Assembly (NCBI RefSeq): GCF_037042905.1
Contig: NW_026974140.1
Span: forward strand, 10,168,001-10,232,000
DNA length: 64,000 bases
Reading direction: 5' to 3'
DNA from: Lytechinus pictus
Lineage: Eukaryota
In this document: one piece after another, positions 1 through 11,926 of the stretch
Numbering within the stretch: the stretch's first letter is position 1
Layout: every line of letters begins with the position of its first letter
Notes under the pieces: generated by a model
Databases searched by the model: none
What the model was told of the DNA's origin: nothing
The model's input: the letters and a program-made list of their open reading frames with translations, nothing else
Translations under genes and position numbers: made by a program

Positions 1-798
1 TAAATTATACGAGAAGCTCCCCCATTATTGATGTGTCCGATAATTTATCTACCTCACAAATAAAATCGCCTTCAATTTCAAATGATATTTTTGGAATTCA
101 TATCACAAGACATGTGGACGAGCTGATTGTCCGTGACGTCACAAAATCTTTAATCATCAACTGTGTCTCAATACACATATTTATTAATAGGCCCACAGCT
201 TGTCCCAAATACAATGTACGCGTAATAATTTAAAACCGAAGTTTCATGTGAATAAATAAAAAGCTAAATTTATTTTTCAGTTGCTTAAAAATTTCAAAGG
301 TCTCGCTTCACCAGTTTTGAACTGACAAGCAGTGCAATAGTCCATTCAAAGTTTAATAATGGGAAGTACACACGGATGGATGTAAAATGCCATGCCTGAT
401 TTGATGTTTCATACGTTTCAACAACTGCATGATCTTGTTCTCTTAATGCTTTTACATTATTGTACTATTGTCATCAAGTTATTTTTTTTTTAATCCAATA
501 CCACTGACAATATTCCCTTTCACACAGTGTTAAACCATTCATTGCAGTGTAAAACGTTTTCATTGCCCAGCTTATGGTGATTCTGCACCTTACATTTCTT
601 CTTTTTTTCAGGATGGGGCACTGATCCACCTATCAAAGTATCAATCGTGAAACAAAGATCATATTGGAAGTTTCTTGCCCTTATGAACATGTTTACGTTT
701 ATGATTATGATAAGACTGGTAAGATCAGGGAATTTCCCCTGATCAGGGGCTGACATGCTACACACAATGTACAAATGCAAAACTAGTTCTTGCAATAG

Positions 799-2607
799 TT
801 AATCATTATCTGGGGAAGTGAGTTTGGCTGTATCGTTAGACATGCTTTCTATCTCAATGTCCTTGTCCGCATCGTTCTCAGGCATGTCAGGAGTCACCTT
901 AGAGGAAGATTTGCAATGTATCACTGCGTATCTAATGCCACCTACTATGGCGGCAGTACCCGCCAAAGACACAATTACAATTCCTGCTATTGCACCAGAC
1001 GATAGGGGTTCCTCAGGGGGACTTGTAAGATCTCCATCTTTAGATGTCGTCTCTTTGGGTTCTCTGGTTGTCTTTCTTTCTGTATTGTTAGCGCTTGGCT
1101 CGGGAGTTCCCGATAATGCTGTTGATGCATTTGAATTACTGGTTAGGGTGTCGGTTGTAGAGCCAGAAGGATCCTGGGTTGGGGCATCGGTTGTAGAGCC
1201 AGAAAGATCCTTGGTTGGAGCATCGGTTGTAGAGCCAGAATGATCCTGGGTTGGGGCATCGGTTGAAGAGCCAGAAGGATCCTGGGTTGGGGCATCGGTT
1301 GTAGAGCCAGAATGACCCTGGGTTGGGGCATCGGTTGTAGAGCCAGAATGACCCTGGGTTGGGGCATCGGTTGTAGAGCCAGAATGACCCTGGGTTGGGG
1401 CATCGGTTGTAGAGCCAGAAGGATCCTGGGTTGGGGCATCGGTTGTAGAGCCAGAAGGATCCTTGGTTGAAGCATCAGTTGAAGAGCCAGAAGGATCCTT
1501 GGTTGAAGCATCGGTTGTAGAGCCAGAAGGATCCTTGGTTGAAGCATCGGTCGTAGAGCCAGAAGGATCCTTGGTTGAAGCATCGGTTGTAGAGCCAGAA
1601 GGATCCTGGGTTGAAGCATCGGTTGTAGAGCCAGAAGGATCCTGGGTTGAAGCATCGGTTGTAGAGCCAGAAGGATCCTGGGTTGAAGCATCGGTTGTAG
1701 AGCCAGAAGGGGCATCGGTTGTAGAGCCAGAAGGATCCTGGGTTGAAGCATCGGTTGTAGAGCCAGAAGGATCCTTGGTTGAAGCATCGGTTGTAGAGCC
1801 AGAAGGATCCTGGGTTGAAGCATCGGTTGTAGAGCCAGAAGGATCCTTGGTTGAAGCATCGGTTGTAGAGCCAGAAGGATCCTGGGTTGAAGCATCGGTT
1901 GTAGAGCCAGAAGGATCCTGGGTTGAAGCATCGGTTGTAGAGCCAGAAGGATCCTGGGTTGGGGCATCGGTTGTAGAGCCAGAAGGATCCTGGGTTGGGG
2001 CATCGGTTGTAGAGCCAGAAGGATCCTGGGTTGAAGCATCGGTTGTAGAGCCAGAAGGATCCTTGGTTGAAGCATCGGTTGTAGAGCCAGAAGGATCCTG
2101 GGTTGGGGCATCGGTTGTAGAGCCAGAATGATCCTGAGTTGGAGTGTCAACTGTAGAGTTTGATGGATCACTGGTTTCTTTTACGGTTGTATGTGTATGC
2201 TGGTCAGGAGTTGCAGAGTTCTCCGTTGATGTGATTCCATCTGAAGTTGCAGAAACGCCAGATTGGATGGTTACATCAGAAGTTACATAGACGCTTGTGG
2301 AGCTAGTATCATCAATAGTTGTAGAAATTCCCGTAGAACTAGTTCCGTCAGAAGTTGATGATAACCCCTGCGATTGACTGGTTGTATCATAAATTGTTGA
2401 ACTTCCCGGTGAGCTTACATCTGAGGTTGTAGCAACTCCTGGTGTACTAGTTTCAACAGAAGATATCGGACTCGTCGTAGTAATATTAGTAACATATATT
2501 GTAGTAATATCAGTAACATATGTTGCTGAAGATGCTTCCAACTTTGGAATGTAAGCTGTTGATATTATCAGCATCATTGCCAATCTGTATGTCACACGGA
2601 ACGGCAT
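799..2607 (-). CDS. Mucin/proteoglycan-like type-I transmembrane protein, paralogue A (602 aa, single coding exon)
   Basis: The ORF 799..2724 is longer than the likely CDS. A polypyrimidine tract and acceptor (ttatttccttcaatgcAG|G ATG, AG at 2610-2609) precede M40, which starts a signal-peptide-like MPFRVTYRLAMMLIISTAYIPKLEA. A T/S-rich region, 28 SGS-containing repeats, the TM segment LSSGAIAGIVIVSLAGTAAIVGGIRYAVI and a ~37-aa tail follow. Confidence 0.85.
   Translation of the reverse strand: MPFRVTYRLAMMLIISTAYIPKLEASSATYVTDITTIYVTNITTTSPISSVETSTPGVATTSDVSSPGSSTIYDTTSQSQGLSSTSDGTSSTGISTTIDDTSSTSVYVTSDVTIQSGVSATSDGITSTENSATPDQHTHTTVKETSDPSNSTVDTPTQDHSGSTTDAPTQDPSGSTTDASTKDPSGSTTDASTQDPSGSTTDAPTQDPSGSTTDAPTQDPSGSTTDASTQDPSGSTTDASTQDPSGSTTDASTKDPSGSTTDASTQDPSGSTTDASTKDPSGSTTDASTQDPSGSTTDAPSGSTTDASTQDPSGSTTDASTQDPSGSTTDASTQDPSGSTTDASTKDPSGSTTDASTKDPSGSTTDASTKDPSGSSTDASTKDPSGSTTDAPTQDPSGSTTDAPTQGHSGSTTDAPTQGHSGSTTDAPTQGHSGSTTDAPTQDPSGSSTDAPTQDHSGSTTDAPTKDLSGSTTDAPTQDPSGSTTDTLTSNSNASTALSGTPEPSANNTERKTTREPKETTSKDGDLTSPPEEPLSSGAIAGIVIVSLAGTAAIVGGIRYAVIHCKSSSKVTPDMPENDADKDIEIESMSNDTAKLTSPDND
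1150..2145 (-). repeat. Coding 36-bp tandem repeat (DPSGSTTDA[P/S]T[Q/K]), about 28 units
   Basis: Unit on the + strand is ggatcctgggttgaagcatcggttgtagagccagaa. There is one in-frame 24-bp short unit near 1700-1730, and variant units occur in blocks. Confidence 0.95.
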
Positions 2608-3914
2608 CCTGCATTGAAGGAAATAACACACAGAGACATTAATGACATCACAGTTTTGGAAAAGGGAATCTGTAGATGATAATTCAGCCTGTCCGATTGG
2701 ATATTGTATATTTCTCATATCCATAATACGAAAATTTCATTTCAATTGCATGTACCTTAGAAATTGCATTTGCTGTTAACGATATCGCATCTCAATTTCT
2801 GATGTGTACCATATAAATTACCATTTCAAATCGTCTCTGATGCCATTGAAATGTGATATCTATGTTTGTATAACTTTAGTAGACAAGACTGATTTATTTT
2901 TCTTTTCAATGTTGATCATGATCATATCTTATTTGTAAGATGATGTAAACAAGAACAATTGGAATTAATCGCTTGAAAATGACGGCCGAGAGATCGGGCT
3001 TTCAAATAATATATGATAATATTCTTTTTTTTTTAACTTGTTTTAATCGCATTATTTTGATGTAAATTGACTATTCTCTTATTAATGTTATGAAGCCATC
3101 TTCTCACATTGCTTTCTTTAATCTCACAGTCTGTTATGCAACAGCCACGCCAAACGATGGTCTGTCATTATAGTATTGGGATGTTCGCTTCGTGAAGCAC
3201 GACGGATTAAAAAACGCATTAAATATAATGAAAATGCCCGTCGAACGACAAGGGACAGCTGGGAGGTTGTTTCGGAGATGACGAAAAATTCCAAATACTT
3301 TGTTTTACCAGACTCCAGGACGAAACTGCTGTTTTGATTCACAAATTTCCGACAAGATTTCTTGGTTGTTAATGTTATGAATCGCATTTAACAACAATAT
3401 CTTTTCTGGGGCATGAATCCGTCGTGCATCGTAGATCAATAATCCCTTATCATCTTGAGCCCCTTTCACAATTGGTGGTGCGACTGCTTACAACCGTTGT
3501 GATTGTGTGCAACATATATTGTGACCAAGTGATCGCAAACGATCGCAAGAGCGATTGTGAAAGCCCCCTAGACATTAAAACTTATTATCTTATAAGATCG
3601 ATCAATAAAAAGAATATGATGGTCATTACATAAAGTTCTGTAATATCGGAAATGTAGAATTGTAGAATATCAATGCATGTTATAGACTTTTGTCAAAGCT
3701 ACAATCAATCTGATGGTAAGACGTCGGTATTTTTGTTGTTGGTCTGGAATCGGATTTAATCGGTTTTAGGCTTGCGCCAACATTACCAAAATGAAAAATA
3801 GTAATCTGTGTTATGGGACGTTGGTACTGAGTACAATAACTTTATTTTAAAGTATGAGATCTTGAAAATAATCATCTTTTACTTAGAACGCGGATAATGA
3901 AGTATATATATACG

Positions 3915-4886
3915 CACTATAAGAAATAGGGGTTCAAATTTGAACATTGGGGGTTGGCACAATAGCAGCACCCAAGGGGTGCTAATGAGTGCATTTATGC
4001 TCATTTTTGCACCTTTAAAGGTGTAGTATAGCTATATTAAAGGGATCCTCCATCCTGAAAATATTTATCTCAATGAATAGAGTAAAATTCACAGAGCAAA
4101 ATTCTGAAAAATTTATCGAAATCGGATAACAAATAACGAAGTTATTGAATTTTGAAGATTTGCATTATTCCGGTGAAACAATTATAAGCATGTCTTTATG
4201 AATATTCATTAGGTGGGCTGATGATGTCATATCCCCCACTTGTTCTTTTGTATTTTGTTATATAAAATTAGGTGTATTAAAAAAATTCTGCCAAGAAATA
4301 AAATAATTGGATTGACAACTGATTAAGTGCATTAGTTATTTTTTGCTGCAACTTAATTCATCATACTGGAGACACATAATTTACACATGTATGAAAAAAG
4401 TAAAATATGAGTTCAATGTAATAACATAAGAAAAAGGAAAGTGGGGATGTGACATCATCGGCCCACCTAATGAATATTCATGACGACGTGCATATAACTG
4501 TTTTCACGAAATATTGCTAAACTTTAAAATTCAATAACTTCGTTATTTGTTATCCGAATTTGATGAAATTTGCAGCATTTTGCTCTGTGAATTTTACTCT
4601 ATTTATTTAAATATGAATATTTTCAGCCCGGAGCATCCCTTTAAGCGACATATTGGTTGCAGTGTTGAACCACGCAATAAAGGTTCGAATTTGAACCTTT
4701 TTTTAATGTTCGGTATTATGCACCTTAAGAGGCGAATAGTTGCTCCTTTTTACGAACGAATCAAACGAGCATTTCTGGGTGCAAAATAAAAGATTCAATT
4801 GTGCACCTTTTTCCACTAAGGGTGCAAGATTACACCCAAAAGATTGGTACAGGTGTTTCAGTTAGGGTTCAAAAAGAATTTTAGTG
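3915..4886. mobile_element. CACTA/EnSpm-like non-autonomous element hosting a Kolobok MITE
   Basis: Termini are cg|CACTA...TAGTG|cg (2-bp flank duplication), with repeated tgcacc/ggtgca and ttcaaatttgaac internal motifs. Confidence 0.5.
4041..4640. mobile_element. Kolobok-type MITE (TTAA TSD, ~210-bp imperfect TIRs)
   Basis: ttaa|AGGGAT...ATCCCT|ttaa. The long arms are inverted, e.g. gaatattcattaggtgggctgatgatgtca versus tgacatcatcggcccacctaatgaatattc. Confidence 0.85.
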
Positions 4887-6139
4887 CGTAGTCACCCACA
4901 TTTAGGCAGCATGCTAATCATTCAATCAAGGGAAATTCACATAATTAATAATTATTCATTTTAATATATGCGCTGTCATTTCCTAGCTATTAAATGTATA
5001 GTTTTTCTGTCTACTTAATTACCCCTTTTCAGTCATTCTCAATTTTAGATATACATTAAGAAGGCTCACAACTTTCTCCAATCTCAAATCGTATGTATTT
5101 ATTTTCATATATGCGCACCGTCCAAGACCTTGAGAGTAATTACACATCCATAATGCTCAGGTATTCGCATATAGCAATATCGACATGATGATAAATGAAT
5201 GCAAAGAGAATGTCATTTAACTGGGGAGCACCAAATTCAGACTGCTTCCATATACATATTTTGAAAAGCCATTTGTGATATTTTCGACAGAATATAGTGT
5301 TTGCTCAAGCATGGATCAAGGCTTACAATAAAAGAAAACCAGCGGAGCAAAAATAATGATTTAAAAAATGTGTTAAAATAATGGTACTTGGAGTCAAGTT
5401 TTCTTTTTCTTTTTAATAATGTCTTTCGCTAGTCTAAAGCGTACCATTTACAAATAAATCTTCTATTCATTACATGTATTATCTTTTTATTGCCAGCTTT
5501 CTTTTTTTCATTTAAAAAAAAATGAATTCGTTACTTATGACATTCGGTTTTGGGACAAGGACCAGTGAGAACATTTTCTTAAAATCAAGAATGGGTGGGG
5601 CAAAAAGTGTCTGATCTCAAACGGGTGGGGCAAGACCCCGCTGTTAATCTACATTGGTGAGAACCCTGGTGTGAATACAAATTTATCTATTGTTATAGGC
5701 GTTGTCTCACAACTTGTCTGTTAGAAGTGACTTTTGAAAATCCATCCAGCAGAACCAAACCTAATTTTGAAATATCATTTGGACAAATTTATTTCCTATA
5801 AAGAAATCTTATTTTGTTGTCTTTATGTGTAGATGTAATTGTGTATTATGAGTATAACGTTGATGATGGGAGGTGGAAAAATAAATGAATTCATTATATT
5901 CTAATAGAAGGTTTTGAATTTTACAAATACAAAGTCAAAAGTATGAATGTTGAAAATTTAAAGAAAAATAAATGATTTCATGAATTTAGTTATGGCCTAA
6001 TTTTAGTGATATAGGGAAAATTAATAGACTTGTAGAAAGAAGAAGAGAGAGAAACCGGAGAGGAAGAGAGAATGTTTGCATACATAATTGTTTTAATTTT
6101 AAAATCATAAAATGCAATGCTTAAAACATGTCCATCGGA

Positions 6140-6320
6140 ACTCACCTTTTAATGATGTTTTATCTCCAAAATAATCCAAAATCTAAGAAGAAGCACTGCC
6201 TTGCAGGTGAGACGCATCCAGCAGAAAGTCAACCTGATCGATTAACTGCTGAAATCTTGAGTATTCAATGAAAATTATTCAACTTCTCCGATATCTAAGA
6301 GAAACGTTGACCAATCAAAT
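6140..6320 (-). promoter_or_regulatory. Candidate promoter and non-coding first exon of paralogue A
   Basis: Consensus donor AAG|GTGAGT on the minus strand (exon end 6146) and tgATTGGt (CCAAT box) at 6311-6315. It would pair with the acceptor at 2609. Confidence 0.45.
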
Positions 6321-6737
6321 TCATCCATTTAATCAGCTTTATTAATTAGCAATGCTTGTTGACTGTTGACTTATGAAACACACAAATGAAACCATGTTCA
6401 GTTAATAATTATCTATGTTTGTCCTATCAGTATTTTCCAATACAGTATCAAGAGGTTTCAGAAGTGTACTGTAGTGTATGCTTATCTCCAAACTATTGTT
6501 TGAGGAAAATCATTAACATGTTATAAAGCTATTTTGATGACACTGACTAGAAATTCAAATTCACTTTAAAGATAATGTCTTCGTCCCCAATAATCTTCTG
6601 CTGATAAATCCGATGTATATGACAATAATTATGGCTAAATAATGAGGTTTTCATGTCTTGCCCTTGCCTTCGGTTGAAACCTTAATCATGTTAATAGTCT
6701 TGGCCTTTGTCTTATTTTGGTGGTGGTGGTGTTGGTA

Positions 6738-6937
6738 NNNNNNNNNNNNNNNNNNNNNNNNNNNNNNNNNNNNNNNNNNNNNNNNNNNNNNNNNNNNNNN
6801 NNNNNNNNNNNNNNNNNNNNNNNNNNNNNNNNNNNNNNNNNNNNNNNNNNNNNNNNNNNNNNNNNNNNNNNNNNNNNNNNNNNNNNNNNNNNNNNNNNNN
6901 NNNNNNNNNNNNNNNNNNNNNNNNNNNNNNNNNNNNN
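6738..6937. other. Assembly gap (other gaps at 11156-11497, 13317-13700, 41998-42131)
   Basis: Runs of N; the first is flanked by a (TGG)n microsatellite. Confidence 0.99.
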
Positions 6938-7100
6938 TAGCAGAATGAGGAGCAGTGATAGTCAATTAATTATATATTGGATTTTATTGCGATAAAACTA
7001 TTAAAATACCATCTTGAACCCTTGAACCTTGAAGAAGTACTCTCCCAAAAGCGTACACGCTGTTTCTGGAGAGGGTTGTGCTGTGTCAGGTGCTGCCAGT

Positions 7101-7689
7101 CCCGGGGGGGGGGGGGCACTCAGTATATAATGCATAGTGGGTATGTGCCGCGGAGGGGACCCCCATTTTTACACTAAAATTTCCGTTCCAAGGCATAACA
7201 TTTTGTCTTATTGAGAAAAGGAACAAAGAAAGCCGCTCCAAAGCATAGCATTTTCTTCTTATCGTGAAAAAAAAAGAAGAAAGAAATCCGCTCCAAAGCT
7301 TCGCATATTTTCCGTTACGCCTTTCCGGCCGCATTGATCTGCTACTAATACAATGAGCCGCAATTTTGGTGAAAAAGCGGCCGCAGAGCGCTGTTTCACT
7401 ATCGCCTCTGTGCTAGCGCACCCGGCGCCCGTGCCGCTGGGCTAGCTGCATGCACGTACGCCTGTTCCATGGGGATGCTTACCACGTATTTAACTCTATG
7501 ATGCAAACGCACTCACACGCAGGCGACCCGTTCCAAGGACCCCCGTTTTCACAAACATTTGTAGTTGCAAAGCCCGTTCCGAGGACCCTCTTTTTTACAA
7601 TAAGCCCGCTCCAAGGCCCCCGTTTTTTGTCTCGCCCGCGGCACATACCGACTACTTTTTTGGTCGAGTACCCCCCCCCCCCCCCCCGG
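7101..7689. mobile_element. Non-autonomous TIR element with CCCGGG-poly(G) termini, superfamily unassigned
   Basis: cccggg(g)n-cactc...ggtatgtgccgcgg versus ccgcggcacatacc...gagta(c)n-gg. The flanks gctgccagt/gctgcagt resemble a degraded 8-9-bp TSD. Confidence 0.7.
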
Positions 7690-8008
7690 CTGCAGTGCTT
7701 CAGGTGATGTGGTGATCCTGTGGTGGTATTCTTGGTGCACTATATACAGTGTGCTAGGTGCAGTGTGCGGGTGGTGCGTGTGTGTCCCTCTTACAGTCTT
7801 ACAGCATTTTAAGGGGAGGAGGAGGCAACATTTTGTTGAGTGAGGCGGTAACTTGGGTAAAAACTTATCTACACTGTAATAAGGCCCCGAAGTTACATCA
7901 TGGTTATATTGGGAACCTGAGGAAGTAGTCAAGAGGTATGGGGCACGTTTCATAAAGCGAAACAACAAATCGTTGAGATTGTAACTTTGCCATTATGGCA
8001 ACTACCAT

Positions 8009-8247
8009 CAGTGGTGTAATGGGCAAAAAATGTTGAGAGGGCTAGCTATGGCGCATCGCGTAAGATTGATTCGAAATAAAAAAAGTTGCAAGCGGGCGAA
8101 GCGAGCTAGCATTTTTATTACAAAAATCTTTTCTTTTTTAGATTTTGAAAATAAAATATCATATTTCACCCTTCTTTTTTTTTTCTTGGTCGTGAAAAAT
8201 TTTCTGGGGGTTGGGAGCCCCCCCCCCCCCCTATCTGTACGCCAGTG
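8009..8247. mobile_element. hAT-type MITE, nested in a Harbinger-like MITE (~7940-8350)
   Basis: Perfect 8-bp TSD actaccat (8001-8008 and 8248-8255); termini cagtggtgta...tacgccagtg. Host ends are gggcacgtttcataaag and tttatgacacggtcgccc. Confidence 0.8.
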
Positions 8248-9499
8248 ACTACCATAAAAACTTGATTTTTATTGGCTGTTGAGCCATGTTACCATGGTAG
8301 TTGTCATAATGAAATAGTTCCAATAGTTTTTATGACACGGTCGCCCCCCCCCCCCCTGGTCTTGCCATGGTGTTTGTCTTCGATCTGGGAACGCTTACCG
8401 GTTGCAAACATTCCGTTCTCAATCGTGGGCCAGTCATGAGAGATTTTTCATTATCTGTGGTCGCTTCGGATCACAATCGAAATAATCTTTTTATCTTTGG
8501 AGATGGAAAGCAACCTTCATGTTTTTAAGTTCTCACGTAGAGTGACCTTGCTTCCATTTACAGTAAAATCGTTGTTAAAAACTGTACCCAACGCTGTTTC
8601 GTTGTTTAACAGTTTAAACAACCATTTTTAACTTATTGAGCAAAAATACAAATCAAACTTTGTTATTCAAGATTTTAAACACTTGTTTAAACTACTCTAA
8701 CAACTATTGTATGGTTTATGGTAAACAACATTGTTTAAAAATTTTAAACAGCATTTTTAGTGTGCTGAGCGTTAGAATTGTCCGGTAAAAGTTGATCGGA
8801 GCACTTGAGGTAGTATAAGAGCGCGGAGATTATATCGAATGACACAATGCGATTATCGAGAAGAGATGAGGATAAAATAATATTGTTCATCGCTCAAAAA
8901 CAAACGATTCGTTTTCCATTTTTAAATAACAACTCATTTTTCGACGTTAAAAATGATAGCGCTTTTCCGTGGGGAAACTATGTTTTTTAAGTGAAAAACT
9001 GAGTTTATCGTACAGATTTCGAACGTTTTACTTTGCTTTTCGATCTTCCTGTTGAGTTTCATCGCATTAGTATGTGACAGATGGCTTGCCACATATAAAT
9101 GCGTATGTGTCCGCTCGATCTCAACCGATCACAAAGGCCTTTGTTATAAAGCTTGTTTTCTCGCATCAGTGTAGCTAATTTTATTCACGTTGTTTCACTG
9201 GATCTTGTGTTACAAGTGATTGTCTATATTTTAGTACATTCATTTTTGTGACGTAACAACCAGACTGTCATACCTATTTAATGACATTAACATGATCAAT
9301 TTTAATCCTAAACTTTTCGAAATCAATGCTTTTTAGCAGTGATTCCTCTATTTGATTTATATTTTGCTCATTATTATTGTGTTACATTATTCAATACCAA
9401 GATTGTCAGATTCTACTATAATTATCATGTCGATGAGCCAAAATTGGCTATACAAATTATGCTTTATCTTATTGATAATAATGATAATATTGATAACCA

Positions 9500-9787
9500 A
9501 ATAATAATAATAAGTAATATAGGATTTGTATAGCGCACGTATCCACCTTGCTAAGTGCTCAAGGCGCTCCTATATTACCCCGGCTAAGCTAGTCTACCGA
9601 TTCTGGTGAGCACAGCTTTTTGAGGAAATACTTCCTGCCAGTACCCATTTACCTCACCTGGGTCGAGTGCAGCACAGTGTGGATACATTTCTTGCTGAAG
9701 GAAAACACGCCATGGCTATATAGGATTCGAACCCACGACCCTCTGTTTGAAAGGCGAGAGTCAGAACCACTAGACCACGGCGCGCCC
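9500..9787 (-). mobile_element. Full-length tRNA-derived SINE with L2-like 3' tail
   Basis: On the minus strand: A box gtggtctagtgg, B box ggttcgaatcc, core tgcactcgacccaggtgaggtaaatgggtac, tail gcgccttgagc...gcgctatacaaatcctatatta(tta)n. Related fragments at ~15990-16135, 31135-31205, 51270-51350 and 60930-61020. Confidence 0.85.
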
Positions 9788-11707
9788 GCTATTACTAAGC
9801 GTTAATTCTGACAGAACTATAAAAACGAAACATGACAAGATGACCATTCACTTGACAACTTGGAGATTATAACCAATACATAATTTAATATACATGTAGG
9901 ATCGATACAGTTATAATTTCATCACGAGTAATATTCTGTTTGCTCCGCCAAGCCGACTTGTCAACCGTGTCAACAGACTTTGGGTCCAAAGTCTGTTTTC
10001 TTGATGAAGTACTTGATTAATTAGGCATACAGCTATCTCTAGTTAATCATTAAACCTCTTTCAATCTCAGAACAATAGGATTTTATGTGTGATGATGGTC
10101 GATGCATTCGGTCCCGTGGTTATGTTACCATGGAGATATTAAGATATGCATTTTGACTTCCGCGCGGTTAATGGACATTCTTTTGATACCAACCCTGAAC
10201 CCTGTTCTTTAACATTCACGCTAGAAATGTGCTTCATTTTGTTTCATCTTGCATAGTGATAAATGAAGCCACAATTATTGGTAATATTACTGCCCTTTTC
10301 TGCTTCCAAGGCTCCTGAAAGGTTAAGTCCATCCTTACAGCAAGTTTATTCTATTGAATAGAAAAAGAAAACGATACATTAAGATTTTAATCCGAAGTGG
10401 ATTTTAAGTAAGAAAGACAAAAGAACAGCGTTCAAATAATAGCGTCAGTGAGGTCACCGTCACACACACACACGCACACACACACCCTCACCCACCCCTC
10501 TTACGCACACACACACACACACACACTCACTGTTTCTTTTCTTTTTATTTGTTTTTTATTTCAAGAAATTTTCATTTTCGCAGATTTAATCAAATCTTGC
10601 ATTACCCTATGGTTACAGCATGATTAAATGTGTCATGTTACACATCACAAACTGCAAAGGATGGTGAGTGTGCTACGCCGTCATCTCCATCATCCTCGTT
10701 TGCATACTGCATGTAACTTTTTTGTGAAATAAAGCGAAACATACAATGACTTGTTTTGTTCAACGTCCGATTAAGATGATGTTCTAATGTTATGCGTATT
10801 TGATTCGTCTCTATTCATTGAAATAAATTGTAATGCTGGGCTTGACATAATCTTTTTAGGCATACTAAGAGGTTTAATGGACAGGCTAACCACAATGTTC
10901 ACAAGGTTTATATTCATGTTCGTTGGATGTTGATAGCACTGGTTTTGTGATGAGATTATCATCTTAAGAAATTTAACTATACAGCGATAAACTGCTATAT
11001 CATTACATATAATCATTAGAGTTTCAAGATTTTCTATTCCATAATCATCATGTGGATTAATTTCCTCATTTATTTACTCTTTTCTGCAAGATAAAGAACC
11101 GTTGCCATTGTGAGAGTAATGGATTGCGTGCCAGATGGTAGTATGTGATATGGTANNNNNNNNNNNNNNNNNNNNNNNNNNNNNNNNNNNNNNNNNNNNN
11201 NNNNNNNNNNNNNNNNNNNNNNNNNNNNNNNNNNNNNNNNNNNNNNNNNNNNNNNNNNNNNNNNNNNNNNNNNNNNNNNNNNNNNNNNNNNNNNNNNNNN
11301 NNNNNNNNNNNNNNNNNNNNNNNNNNNNNNNNNNNNNNNNNNNNNNNNNNNNNNNNNNNNNNNNNNNNNNNNNNNNNNNNNNNNNNNNNNNNNNNNNNNN
11401 NNNNNNNNNNNNNNNNNNNNNNNNNNNNNNNNNNNNNNNNNNNNNNNNNNNNNNNNNNNNNNNNNNNNNNNNNNNNNNNNNNNNNNNNNNNNNNNNNAGT
11501 CATGAAGCAGCAGTAATGGCTATGGTATCATTGCAGCAATAATCTCATAATGTTCGAAACGTTTTACATGTTTTTTTTTAATTACTACGGACGCTTTCGT
11601 CGAAGCCATGAAATCTTATACCGCTAATCAAACACCCTGAAACAGGCTTCATTCATCCCATCACATACCATTTGGTGAGCTAGCAACAACGTCGCCATAG
11701 CAGCCTG

Positions 11708-11926
11708 ATTGGTTACAAACACATATAAAAAGACTTTGTACAGTAGACCCCTTCAAGTTATCAATCAAGGACCTTTGTCTTTAGCCTCAATACCTTCCTA
11801 TTATATCTCCGGGATCACGTAGGATTTTTATCTTTTCTCCAAGATTCTTGGCAAAAGTGACATTTTTGAAGAAGGCAAATCCCTTTGGAGAGTGATTACG
11901 CATCATCATCATCATCTGAGGTGAGA
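11708..11926 (+). promoter_or_regulatory. Candidate CCAAT/TATA promoter and non-coding first exon of paralogue B
   Basis: ATTGG at 11708-11712, TATAAAA at 11724-11730, Inr-like tcaagtt near 11752 and donor GAG|GTGAGA at 11921. It would splice to the acceptor at 19775. Confidence 0.5.

Noticed and set aside
1150-2145. 36-bp repeats as a CRISPR array (also the 96-bp and 24-bp arrays)
   Set aside because: The units are contiguous with no unique spacers, the context is eukaryotic, and there are no cas genes.
818-2171. ORFs 818..1243 +, 1143..2171 - and 1463..2131 +
   Set aside because: They are alternative-frame and antisense shadows of the 36-bp coding repeat of paralogue A.
2608-2724. First 39 codons of the 641-aa ORF
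   Set aside because: They lie upstream of a good splice acceptor and ahead of the signal peptide, so they are probably intron.
6938-6965. MTITAPHSA next to a gap resembles MITAPHT in paralogue C
   Set aside because: It is a five-residue match with no ATG or acceptor context beside a gap of only 200 bp; likely chance.
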